Assembly: GCA_009914755.4 (NCBI GenBank)
Contig: CP086569.2
Location: 17,760,001-17,824,000 of the forward strand
Direction: 5' to 3'
DNA from: the human T2T-CHM13v2.0 reference genome, Homo sapiens
Length of the DNA: 64,000 nucleotides
The position numbers were made by a program, and so were the translations under genes. Positions 45,126 to 64,000 of the stretch are shown piece by piece (position 1 is the first letter of the stretch; each line of letters begins with the position of its first letter). The notes below the pieces were generated by a model, which worked only from the letters and a program-made list of their open reading frames with translations, was not told the DNA's origin and searched no databases.

Positions 45126-46852
45126 TAAAAGAAAACTTGTAGTCTTCTAGGTGATCAGAAACCAACACCCTAAAATATGGCACTTTGACATGCAGCACTG
45201 AAGAAGCCTCAAGGTCTGTCTGATCTTCCTCCTCACCCTTCACCATATCTCTTAAAGAAGCTGAAGATCCAGGCCCCACAAGGAGAACAAGTCTTTTCTC
45301 TCTTCCTTTTTACCTCATTGTCTATTGCAGAAAAAAATACCAAGATGTAACCACAGTTGAGCGGATCTTTTTACCTTTAAAATGAGTGTCTATAAGGTCC
45401 ATTTACTTTCCAACAAAAAACTACTTACAAGTTAATCAAGTAGTTCCCTGATCCAATCATTCTCCCTAGCAATCATTTATTGTTCCTCACTGGAATTCCT
45501 CTTCTCCCCATTCCATTACCTGTTTTACTGGGATCCAACACTCCATTCTTTCTGTAACCTCAGGAAGGTATATAAGCTTTGAACTTTATTGGGAGGTTGG
45601 GTCTTCATTCTGAAGGCTCCTGTGTCTTCACATTAAACCAATTATTATGCCTTTTCTTGCTCTTAAAAGAAAAACTTCAGCTGAATTAATTTCAAAGGAG
45701 TTTGAGCAATGAATGATTCAAGAATCTGACAGCCTCTAGAATCACAGCAGATTCAGAGACTCCAGGGATACCAATCTGTGGGATATGCTAAGGTTTCTCT
45801 TCAAATAGCCTGATTAGTCCTTTATTCTGAAATCCACAGTACCCCTCCACCTCCATTTTCTTCTCTTTTCGTTTCTTTCTGCCTTTGCTACATGACCAGG
45901 CATGCCACAGCATCCGGAGCTTATCAGTACTAGCTCACATTCGTTTCCATATTTGGGAAGTAAAGTAGCTCCCTAGCTCATCAGAGATGACCTCTTCCCC
46001 CTCTCCCTTCTCTCCCTTATGTGCCCAACTTATCTAAGAAAAAATTCAAATGTTTAGCCATTTGGGTCTAGCTTAGATTTTGTGGTTCGAACTCAGCCAA
46101 TGGGGAAAGGGCACGGGGGCACTGTTTGCATCAAGGATAAAAACTTTCATTGTTCTTTGTTCTATGTGCTCTCGTGGTGACTGGCCAAAAAGAAGCACCC
46201 CTCTATGCAGAAGTAAACTTGCTTTGCTGAGAAATTCTTTTTCTGACTGCTCGTTTCCTTAAGACTCCAAACTGTATTTCCAATACAAGTGATCAGAACA
46301 AACTTATATAGAAAAAAAGTGGGGGAATGTGATGTACAGAAGTCAGCATGAGGTACAGAAACAGCTAGATTAATTACAGGTTGCATTGGCCTTATTCGAA
46401 CACAGTGAACACTTTGGAGCCTATGAGAGGTTGAAGTATGGCCACTGGGATTGGTCGAGACTCAGCTATTGTTACAGGTTCATCTTTCCATGTTAAATAT
46501 TCCAACTTGTCTGCCGATTATGCTAGGTTACAATTCATCCACAAGGACTCAAATACAGAAGTGTGGATTCCTTCTCCAGACATTTTAGTTTGCTTTATCA
46601 TTGTATTAATCAATACACGGGAGAATGCATGGCTCATTGTAAAATTAAATTGAAGGAAAGTAATAAGTAACAAGTAAAGATCTGGATGCTGTCCACCCAG
46701 GGAGAAAGTGCATCTGGGTGCATGAATGTGATGAGCAGATTTAGTTTCCTTCAGTGCAAAACAATTTGATGCATAAAACATGATTTTAGACTTTGTTTTC
46801 TTTTGAAAGTTGTAAGCTACAATTATTAACGCAGATGATGTGAATAAATTAA

Positions 46853-48309
<1,457 letters not shown>

Positions 48310-49187
48310 GGTGGGGAGGAGCCAAGATGTCCGAATAGGAACAGCTCCGGTTGACAGCTTTCTGCATTTCCATCAGAGGTATTGGGTTCATCTCACTAGG
48401 GAGTTCCAGACAGTGGACGCATGTCAGTGGGTGCATGCACTGTGCACGAGCTGAAGCAGGGCAAGGCATTGCCTCACTCAGGAAGTGCAAGGGGTCAGGA
48501 AATTCCCTTTCCTAGTCAAGGAAAGGGGTGATGGATGGCACTTGGAAAATCGGATCACTCCAACCCAAAGACTACACTTTTCCAAAGGGCTTAAAAACCG
48601 GTGCACCAGGAGATTATATCCTGCACCTGGCTCGGAGGGTCCTGTGCCCATGGAGTCTCCCTGATTGCTAGCACAGCAGTCTGAGATCAAACTGCAAGTC
48701 AGCAGCAAGGCTAGGGGAGGGGTGCCCACCATTGCCCAGGCTTGCTTAGGTAAACAAAGCAGCCAGGAAGCTCGAACAGGGTGGAGCCCACCACAGCTCA
48801 AGGATGCCTGCCTGCCTCTGTAGGCTCCACCTCTGGGGACAGGGCACAGACAAACAAAAAGACAGCAGTAACCTCTGCACACTTAAATGTCCCTGTCTGA
48901 CAGCTTTGAAGAGAGCAGTGGTTCTCCCAGCACACAGCTGGAGATCTGAGAATGGGCAGACTGCCTCCTCAAGTGGGTCCCTCACCCCTGACCCCAGAGT
49001 AGCTTAACTGGGAGGCACCCCCCAGCAGGGGCAGACTGACACCTCACAGGACCACGTACTCCAACAGATCTGCAGCTGAAGGTCCTGTCTTTTAGAAGGA
49101 AAACTAACAAACAGAAAGCACATCCACACCGAAAACCCATCTGTACATCACCATCATCAAAGACCAAAAGTAGATAAAACCACAAAG
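48310..49187 (+). promoter_or_regulatory. L1 5'UTR (internal sense promoter and antisense promoter region); the YY1-box region is mutated (caagatgTccga)
   Basis: Colinear with the L1PA 5'UTR up to the ORF1 ATG at 49188. Confidence 0.6.
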
Positions 49188-50203
49188 ATGGGGAAAAAAC
49201 AGAGCAGAGAAACTGGAAACTCTAAAAAGCAGAGCGCTTCTCCTCCTCCAAAGGAACGCAGTTCCTCAGCAGCAAGGGAACAAAGCTGGACGGAGAATGA
49301 CTTTAATGATCTGAGAGAAGAAGGCTTCAGACCATCAAATTACTCTGAGCTATGGGAGGACATTCAAAACAAAGGCAAAGAAGTTGAAAACTTGAAAAAA
49401 ATTTAGAAGAATGTGTAACTAGAATAACCAATACAAAGAAGTGCTTAAAGGAGCTGATGGAGCTGAAAACCAAGGCTCAAGAACTACGTGAAGAATGCAG
49501 AAGCCTCAGGAGCTGATGCGATCAACTGGAAGAAAGGGTATCAGCGATGGAAGATGAAATGAATGAAATGAAGTGAGAAGGGAAGTTTAGAGAAAAAAGA
49601 ATAAAAAGAAATGAACAAAACCTCCAAGAAATATGGGATTATGTGAAAAGACCAAATCTATGTCTGATTGGTGTACCTGAAAGTGACAGGGAGAATGGAA
49701 CCAAGTTGGAAAACACTCTGCAGGATATTATGCAGGGGAACTTCCCCAATCTATCAAGGCAGGCCAATATTCAGATTTAGGAAATACAGAGAACACCACA
49801 AAGATACTCCTTGAGAAGAGCAACTCCAAGACACATAATTGTCAGATTCACCAAAGTTGAAATGAAGGAAAAAATGTTAAGGGCAGCCAGAGAGAAAGAT
49901 CGGGTTACACTAAAAGGGAAGCCCATCAGACTAACAGTGGATCTCTCGGTGGAAACTCTACAAGCCAGAAGAGAGTGAAGGCCAATATTCAACATTCTTA
50001 AAGGAAAGAATTTTCAACCCAGAATTTCATATGCAGCCAAACTAAGCTTCATAAGTGAAGGAAAAATAAAATATTTTAAAGACAAGCAAATGCTGAGAGA
50101 TTTTTGTCACCACCAGGCCTGCCCTAAAAGAGCTCCTAAAGGAAGCGCTAAGCATGGAAAGGAAAAACCGGTACCAGCCACTGCAAAATCATGCCAAAAT
50201 GTA
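49188..50203 (+). pseudogene. L1 ORF1 (ORF1p) pseudogene with stops and frameshifts
   Basis: MGKKQSRETGNSKKQSASPPPKERSSS...NDFNDLREEGF; later ORF1 sequence is only readable in other frames; stop at atgtaa 50198-50203. Confidence 0.85.
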
Positions 50204-50264
50204 ATGACCATCGAGACTAGGAAGAAACTGCATCAACTAACGAGCAAAATAACCAACTAACATA

Positions 50265-54060
<3,796 letters not shown>

Positions 54061-54297
54061 ACAATGAGAACACATGGACACAGGAAGGAGAACATCACAC
54101 TCTGGGGACTGTTATGGGGTTAGGGGATGGGGGAGGGATAGCTTTGGGAGATATACCTAATGCTAGATGACGAGTTAGTGGGTGCAGTGCACCAGCATGG
54201 CACATGTATACATATATAACTAACCTGCACATTGTGCACATGTACCCTAAAACTTAAAGTATGATAATAATAAATAAAAAATAAATTAAAAACAAAG

Positions 54298-54700
54298 AAT
54301 ATATGGCACATATACACCATGGAATACTACGCAGCCATAAAAAACGAAGAGTTCATGTCCTTTGTAGGGACATGGATGAAATTGGAAACCATCATTCTCA
54401 GCAAACTATTGCAAGGACAGAAAATGAAACACCGCATGTTGTCACTCATAGGTGGGAATTGAACAATGAGAACACATGGACACAGGAAGGGGAACATCAC
54501 ACTCTGGGTACTGTTGTGGGGTGGGGGGAGGGGGGAAGGATATCATTAGGAGATATACCTAATGCTAAATGATGAGTTAATGGGGGCAGCACACCAGCAT
54601 GACACATGTATACATATGTAACTAACCTGCACATTGTGCACATGTACCCTAAAACTTAAAGTATAATAATACTAACATGAAATAAAAAAACAATAAAAAA
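54298..54700 (+). mobile_element. Right half of the host L1: ORF2 extreme C-terminus, 3'UTR and A-rich tail
   Basis: atatggcacatatacaccatggaatactacgcagccataaaaaa...ctcataggtgggaattgaacaatgagaacacatggacacagg...acctaatgctaaatgatgag...aaataaaaaaacaataaaaaataaagg. Confidence 0.9.
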
Positions 54701-54780
54701 TAAAGGAACCCACTCCATAATGTTTTCTTTTTAAAATTTTAGTTCATAAAGATTAGTAACAGTTTTTTTAATAGTTACCC

Positions 54781-55155
54781 GTATTAGTCTGTTTTCATGT
54801 TTCTAATAAAGACATACCTAAGACTGGGTAATTTATAAAGAAAAGAGGTTTAATTGACTCACAGTTCTGCAAGGATGGGGAGGTCTCAGAAAACTTACAA
54901 TCATGGTGGAAAGGATAGCAAACATGTCCTTTACATGCTAGCAGCAAGAAGTGCAGAGTGAATTGGAGGAAAAGCCCCTTATAAAACTATCAGATGTAGT
55001 GAAAACTCATTCATTATCACAAGAACAGCATGGAGATAGCCTCCCCCATGTTTCAATCACCTCCCACCAGGCCCCTCATATGACAGATGGGGATTATGGG
55101 ATCTGCAATTTAAGATGAGATTTGAGAGGGTACACAGAGCCAAACCAAATTACTA
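54781..55155 (-). mobile_element. MaLR LTR (MST/THE1-like), antisense
   Basis: gtattagtctgttttcatgtttctaataaagacatacctaagactgggtaatttataaagaaaagaggtttaattgactcacagttctgcaaggatggggagg...gatttgagagggtacacagagccaaaccaaat is the rc of the MaLR LTR consensus. Confidence 0.7.
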
Positions 55156-55224
55156 CCCTTCCCCTTTAACACACTGTAACATTAAAATATCTTCTTATTT
55201 ACTGTTTGAGATTTCTCAAAAGCT

Positions 55225-55375
55225 GGCAAATTGTGAGCTGTGTAGGAGACTGAGATATGAGGATTGCTTAAGCCCATTAATTCAAGGCTGTAGTGAGCTA
55301 GGATCATGCCACTGAACCCCGGCTAGGCAACAGAGCAAGATCCTGGAAAAAAAATGATTATTTGTCCCTGGTCTT
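55225..55375 (+). mobile_element. Alu right-arm fragment, sense
   Basis: gaggattgcttaagcccattaattcaaggctgtagtgagctaggatcatgccactgaaccccggctaggcaacagagcaagatcctgg. Confidence 0.7.
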
Positions 55376-56038
55376 TATAGAACAACCCACTCGGCTGTAG
55401 AAAAAGTGTGTCCTTTGGAAATATTAACAAAGAATTGTGACTTAGAAGTAAGAGGTCAGAGATTTGCAGGCTCAGAAGACTGCACAATGAAAGCTCAAGG
55501 ATAAATAGGATGAGTCAACGAATCACCCAACATCTCATCTTCTGCCTTTCCTCCCACTTTTTTCTCTCATTTTCTATGAAGAAATGACGGGATTGACAAG
55601 ATAGAATCAATGACATGGCTCAGAAGGCAGCAATTCTTACCACAGATCTCACTCTTTTTTTTTTTTTTTAATTCAACACAAGGGAGTACACAAACAATAA
55701 CCAACAAACCAAATCTGTACCACTGCCTTTTTTGTATGGCCTATGGGAGACATAGGCTCACCACCTTCTAAACATTAGCTGAAAAATCACTGACATAAAT
55801 CTTATTGATCTTTTGGAAGAAACAACTTTTAGGCCCTGTTAAATACCTCTTTTGTTTTCTGTTTAGTGGTATCCTACCTCTTATCTTTATTACCTTTTTT
55901 GGTTTGATCAGACCTCTGTGCATTATTTCATTATCTTATCTACTCTCCCACCTCTGAGTTTAATGGCTCTTCATTCTGTAGTTTCTTAAGTTGAGAAAAA
56001 GAGTTCTTTAATGTATCACATTTCTTCTTGATATGATT

Positions 56039-56390
56039 TGGCCATGTCCCCATCCAAATCTCATCTTGAATTTTAGCTCCCATAATTCCCACCTGCCATG
56101 GGAGGAACCTAGTGGAAGATAATTGAATCATGGGGGCAATTTCCCCCATATTGTTCTCATGGTAATCAGTAAGTCTCATGAGATCTGATGGTTTTATAAA
56201 GGGAAGTCCCTTTCTCTTGGCTCTCATTCTCTCTTGTCTGTTGCCATGTAAGATGTGTCTTTCATCTTCTGCCATGATTGTGAGGCCTCCTCAGCCACAT
56301 GGAACTGTGAGTCAATTAAATCTCGTTTTCTTTATAAATTACCCAGTACCAGTAGGTCTTTAACAGCAGTGTGAAAATGGACTAATACAA
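56039..56390 (+). mobile_element. MaLR LTR (MST/THE1-like), sense
   Basis: tgatatgatttggccatgtccccatccaaatctcatcttgaattttagctcccataattcccac...aattgaatcatgggggcaat...gatctgatggttttataaaggg...ataaattacccagtacc...gtgaaaatggactaatacaa. Confidence 0.75.
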
Positions 56391-56822
56391 CTTCTCTTTC
56401 AGGATGTGTATGTGATGCTAGGCAAGTGTATTTGTCATTGCTTTAGGTCCATCCCGCAAACTGTCATATACTGGCATTTATTTACCCAACATCTATTGGA
56501 AGCATTTATTCACCATGCATATGTCAATAAAATGAAATTTATCCAGACTAATTAAAGGCTATATAAATAAATATAAATAAATATTATGTAGATATACAAA
56601 AATATTCATTTAAATCCATAAATGTTTAAATAAATCACTTATGTAGCACAGATGTAAAACATAAATGATTTATTCATATTAGTATGTTTCTGTATAAATG
56701 CATAAGTATTTGGATGTACATTTTTACCATTTTAATAAGCAAATTTTACTATTTTAATATGTATATTTCCTACAATAGGAAATATACATGTGGCAAATAC
56801 ATGTATATAATAATCCCCATGT

Positions 56823-57143
<321 letters not shown>

Positions 57144-57690
57144 TCAAGGACCAGATGGAGATTATATATACGTGAAACAAATTTTGCACATATAGTGCCA
57201 TGACCACATCATTCCACATGTAGTTATTTACCCAAGAGAAATAAAAATACACATCCCAGAGCGGACAAACAAATGAATTATCATTTCAACTTGTTTCTTA
57301 TTGGACCTAAGGTAAACACGGCCAAATGCCCTCAATAAAAGAATAGACAACTACAAGGCAGTATTTTTCATATAACAAAATGCTGTTCAATAATTAAATT
57401 GTGAATAAAAAGGCTAATAATCACCATGAAATGAGTGAATCCCCCAAACATTAAGTGTAGTAAAAGGGGCTGGAGAAAAGAAAAATTCCTACTATAAGAT
57501 GCCATTCACAAAAAATTGAAGACCAAAAAAGATAACCTAGGATGTTAAATGAAAGAACCATGTTTGCCTCTGGGCATAAAAGGAGTTGACCAGAAAGTCA
57601 TTTTTCTGGTATGGTAAGAATACACTTTTCATGATTTCTTCTGATATTGATAATGCATAACTACTTATACATATTTGAGAACATTCCTTG
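57144..57690 (+). mobile_element. Possible ancient L1 (L1M-type) 3'-end fragment
   Basis: acccaagagaaataaaaatacacat...ggccaaatgccctcaataaaagaatagacaactacaa...tgaaatgagtgaatcccccaaacattaagtgtagtaaaaggggctggag follows the L1M 3'-end template (acccaagagaaatgaaaacat...ccaaatgtccatcaa...ggttgccaggggctgg). Confidence 0.35.
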
Positions 57691-57701
57691 CATTGCAATA
57701 T

Positions 57702-58066
57702 GGTTTTGCTCTGTGTCCCCACCCAAATCTCACCTTGAATTGTAATAATCTGAACATGTCAAGGGCAGGACAAGGTGGACATAATTGAATCATGGGGGAT
57801 GGTTTCCTCCATGCTGTTCTCATGATAATGAATGCATTCTCATGAGAGCTGATGGTTTTATTAGGGGCTTCTCCCCGTTTTGCGTGGTATTTCTCCTTGC
57901 CGCAGCCATGTGAAGAAGGGCGTGTTTGCTTCCTCTTCCTCCATTATTGTAAGTTGTCTGAAGCCCCCAGCCATGCTAAACTGTGGGTCCATTAAACCTT
58001 TTTTCTTTATAGATAACCTAGTTTCATATATTGTTGCATAGCAGTATAAAAATGGACTAATACAAA
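57702..58066 (+). mobile_element. MaLR LTR (MST/THE1-like), sense
   Basis: gcaatatggttttgctctgtgtccccacccaaatctcaccttgaattgtaataatc...aattgaatcatgggggatgg...gctgatggttttattagggg...ccattaaacctttttt...gtataaaaatggactaatacaa. Confidence 0.75.
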
Positions 58067-59603
58067 TTATATATTTAAAGCCATGAATTTCACTTATGTG
58101 TGTTCATTTCAATAAAAATTGCACAGTTCTTTGTATAGCTCCAAAAAGCATAAGCAAATGCATGCATTCAATAATACAGGAAACTACCACTCAAGCAGAG
58201 TTTACACAAACAGAACTTAAGAGAGTTGAATCCCTTAGTCAGTAATATACTCTGTTTCTGGTTTCACTGTTGGCAATTGTAGAAGCTTCAATCAATTATT
58301 CAAGGAAATCTACTTTTTAAATTCATGTTATTCTCTCCTAAGTAACCCAACTTATAAGATTGTTTTCAGTTATAATGTTTTCTATGTCAGTAGTAGAACC
58401 TTTTAATTTGTGTTTCAATTAGGGTTCTGAATGAATTTAGGTCTACTTTTTTTTCTAGGAGAATCTTTTTCTAGAAAACTTCTGTACTTTTCTGTTCTGG
58501 GAAACTCCGATTGAGTATTTCTCAATTGGGAAATACCTACAGGAGCTTCTCTTTTCTACACTGTAAAGAGAAACAGAGATTTTCTCAAGCTTGAACCATA
58601 GCACTTATTTCCTTATTTCTCTAAATCTTACTGAATTTGTCCTAAAAATGAAGCATAATATGTTCTTTCTGTCCCATGTCTCATCCAATTTGATTGAAAT
58701 ACCTATTAAATTCTTACAGAACCTTCTTTCTATATTCTGCCTTGTCAGAAAACATATGGCAGTTATTTTTTATTTCCAGGTTCTTAATAGGTAGTGTCTG
58801 GACTTTAGATCAGGGCTACTGGCAATTTTACCATGGTATCACTTCTCTACAAAGGTAAAAGAAAATTTTCCTACATCACAGCAGTGCTATTAACACATCA
58901 AATAAAAACAAAATAAATTTTCTACTATCATAAAATCTCACTATTGATATCTAAGTTTCATCAGAGTTATCCAGTAAAATATCTTACTTTACATTTGCTC
59001 CCTTTAGTTTATTTTAACTGGAATAGCCACTTCATTCCCATTTTTATCTAATTTCCTAGGTTTTTGGGGGGAGGAGGGGTGATCTGAACCTGGCTTTATA
59101 AAATATCCCTCACTTATCCTGGACGTATCTGATATACCTGCCACAGTTAACATGTACCCATGGACCTTTTAATTCCTGTTGAGGGGAAAATTGGACCTAA
59201 GCCATGCTTGGAGTGAAGTTAGCCATCTGAATGGTAATGCTGTGCTGGCTCATGCCAATATACAAAAAGCTGTAATTGATAGCTCATTGGTGGAACCAGC
59301 ATGGTCATTTCACTTTACAGATAATGATATTTTCTATTTAAATTCAGCATTTCTTTTATCAAGAAGAGCTCACAGACTTCCTCCTCAAGTGGGTCCCTGA
59401 CCCCTGACCCCTGAGCAGCCTAACTGGGAGGTACCCCCGAGCACGGGCACACTGACACCTCACATGGCAGGGTATTCCAACAGACCTGCAGCTGAGGGTC
59501 CTGTCTGTTAGAAGGAAAACTAACAAACAGAAAGGACATCCACACCGAAAACACATCTGTACATCACCATCATCAAAGACCAAAAGTAGATAAAACCACA
59601 AAG

Positions 59604-60611
59604 ATGGGGAAAAAACAGAACAGAAAAACTGGAAACTCTAACACGCAGAGCGTCTCTCCTCCTCCAAAGGAACGCAGTTCCTCACCAGCAACGGAACAAA
59701 GCTGGATGGAGAATGACTTTGACGAGCTGAGAGAAGAAGGCTTCAGATGATCAAATTACTCTGAGCTACAGGAGGACATTCAAACCAAAGGCAAAGAAGT
59801 TGAAAACTTTGAAAAACATTAAGAAGAATGTATAACTAGAATAATCAATACAGAGAAGTGCTTAAAGGAGCTGATGGAGCTGAAAACCAAGGCTCGAGAA
59901 CTATGTGAAGAATGCAGAAGCCTCAGGAGCCGATGCAATCAACTGGAAGAAAGGGTATCAGCAATGGAAGATGAAATGAATGAAATGAAGCAAGAAGGGA
60001 AGTTTAGAGAAAAAAGAATAAACAGAAATGAGCAAAGCCTCCAAGAAATACGGCACTATGTGAAAAGACCAAATCTACGTCTGATTGGTGTACCTGAAAC
60101 TGATGGGGAGAATGGAACCAAGTTGGAAAACACTCCGCAGGATATTATCCAGGAGAACTTCCCCAATCTAGCAAAGCAGGCCAACGTTCAGATTCAGGAA
60201 ATACAGAGAAGATACTCCTCGAGAAGAGCAACTCCAAGACACATAATTGTCAGATTCACCAAAGTTGAAATGAAGGAAAAAATGTTAAGGGCAGCCAGAA
60301 AGAAAGGTCGGGTTACCCTCAAAGGGAAGTCCATCAGACTAACAGCGGATCTCTCGGCAGAAACCCTACAAGCCAGAAGAGAGTGGGGGCCAATATTCAA
60401 CAATCTTAAAGAAAAGAATTTTCAACCCAGAATTTCATATCCAGCCAAACTAAGCTTCATAAGTGAAGGAGAAATAAAATACTTTACAGACAAGCAAATG
60501 CTGAGAGATTTTGTCACCACCAGGCCTGCCCTAAAAGAGCTCCTGAAGGAAGTGCTAAACATGGAAAGGAACAACCGGTACCAGCCGCTGCAAAATCATG
60601 CCAAAATGTAA
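59604..60611 (+). pseudogene. L1 ORF1 (ORF1p) with two in-frame stops (CGA>TGA at 59748; TAA at about 59820); C-terminal 245 aa intact (59874-60611)
   Basis: MGKKQNRKTGNS.. through ..RNNRYQPLQNHAKM*, near identical to L1HS ORF1p. Confidence 0.9.
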
Positions 60612-60674
60612 AGACCATCGAGACTAGGAAGAAACTGCATCAACTAACGAGCAAAATCACCAGCTAACATCATA

Positions 60675-64000
<3,326 letters not shown>

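Noticed and set aside
48982-49185. A conserved antisense ORF (MWFYLLLVFDDGDVQM...) just upstream of ORF1 in two L1 copies (also 59359-59601); considered as a candidate L1 antisense ORF0-like peptide
   Set aside because: The apparent start is a TTG (bacterial alternative start used by the ORF track), not ATG. The position (antisense to the last ~200 bp of the 5'UTR) does not match where primate ORF0 is described, as far as I recall. The conservation between copies simply reflects L1 sequence identity.

Overview
This 64 kb window is hominid, almost certainly human, nuclear DNA. It is AT-rich, repeat-dense non-coding sequence of the intronic or intergenic kind. An AluYb8-type insertion, a family that is essentially human-specific, supports the species call. 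I see no convincing cellular protein-coding exon, no rRNA, tRNA or CRISPR, and no prokaryote-style gene system. The supplied ORF track appears to use bacterial start codons. Nearly every ORF in it is a translation of a retrotransposon ORF remnant or of a simple-sequence repeat.

Content by class:
- Roughly 22 Alu or Alu-monomer copies.
- At least seven L1 insertions. Two are 5'-inverted (twin-priming) L1s with clean target-site duplications. One is a full-length ~6 kb L1 with a complete 5'UTR but disrupted ORFs, nested inside an older L1, with a TSD. One is a young L1PA2/3-like copy that starts in the 5'UTR and runs off the right edge of the window. There are also several short 3' fragments.
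- A 5'-truncated HERV-K (HML, betaretrovirus-like) proviral remnant: pol RT-RNaseH-IN pseudogene, an env with a large internal deletion, and a 3' LTR.
- Four MaLR (THE1/MST-like) LTR copies.
- One solo LTR with TG..CA termini and a short TSD inside an old L1, plus a diverged homologue of it next to the HERV.
- One MITE-like DNA-transposon fragment.
- Several microsatellites, including two large Alu-tail-derived ones, and a ~0.5 kb (GATGGT)n-type minisatellite with a smaller second copy 4 kb away.

All coordinates are hand-counted and should be read as +/-5 bp. Repeat family names are from memory of consensus sequences and not from a database search. I did not find a previously undescribed biological system. 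The noteworthy items are structural: retrotransposition junctions, TSDs, nesting, and young insertions that may be polymorphic.
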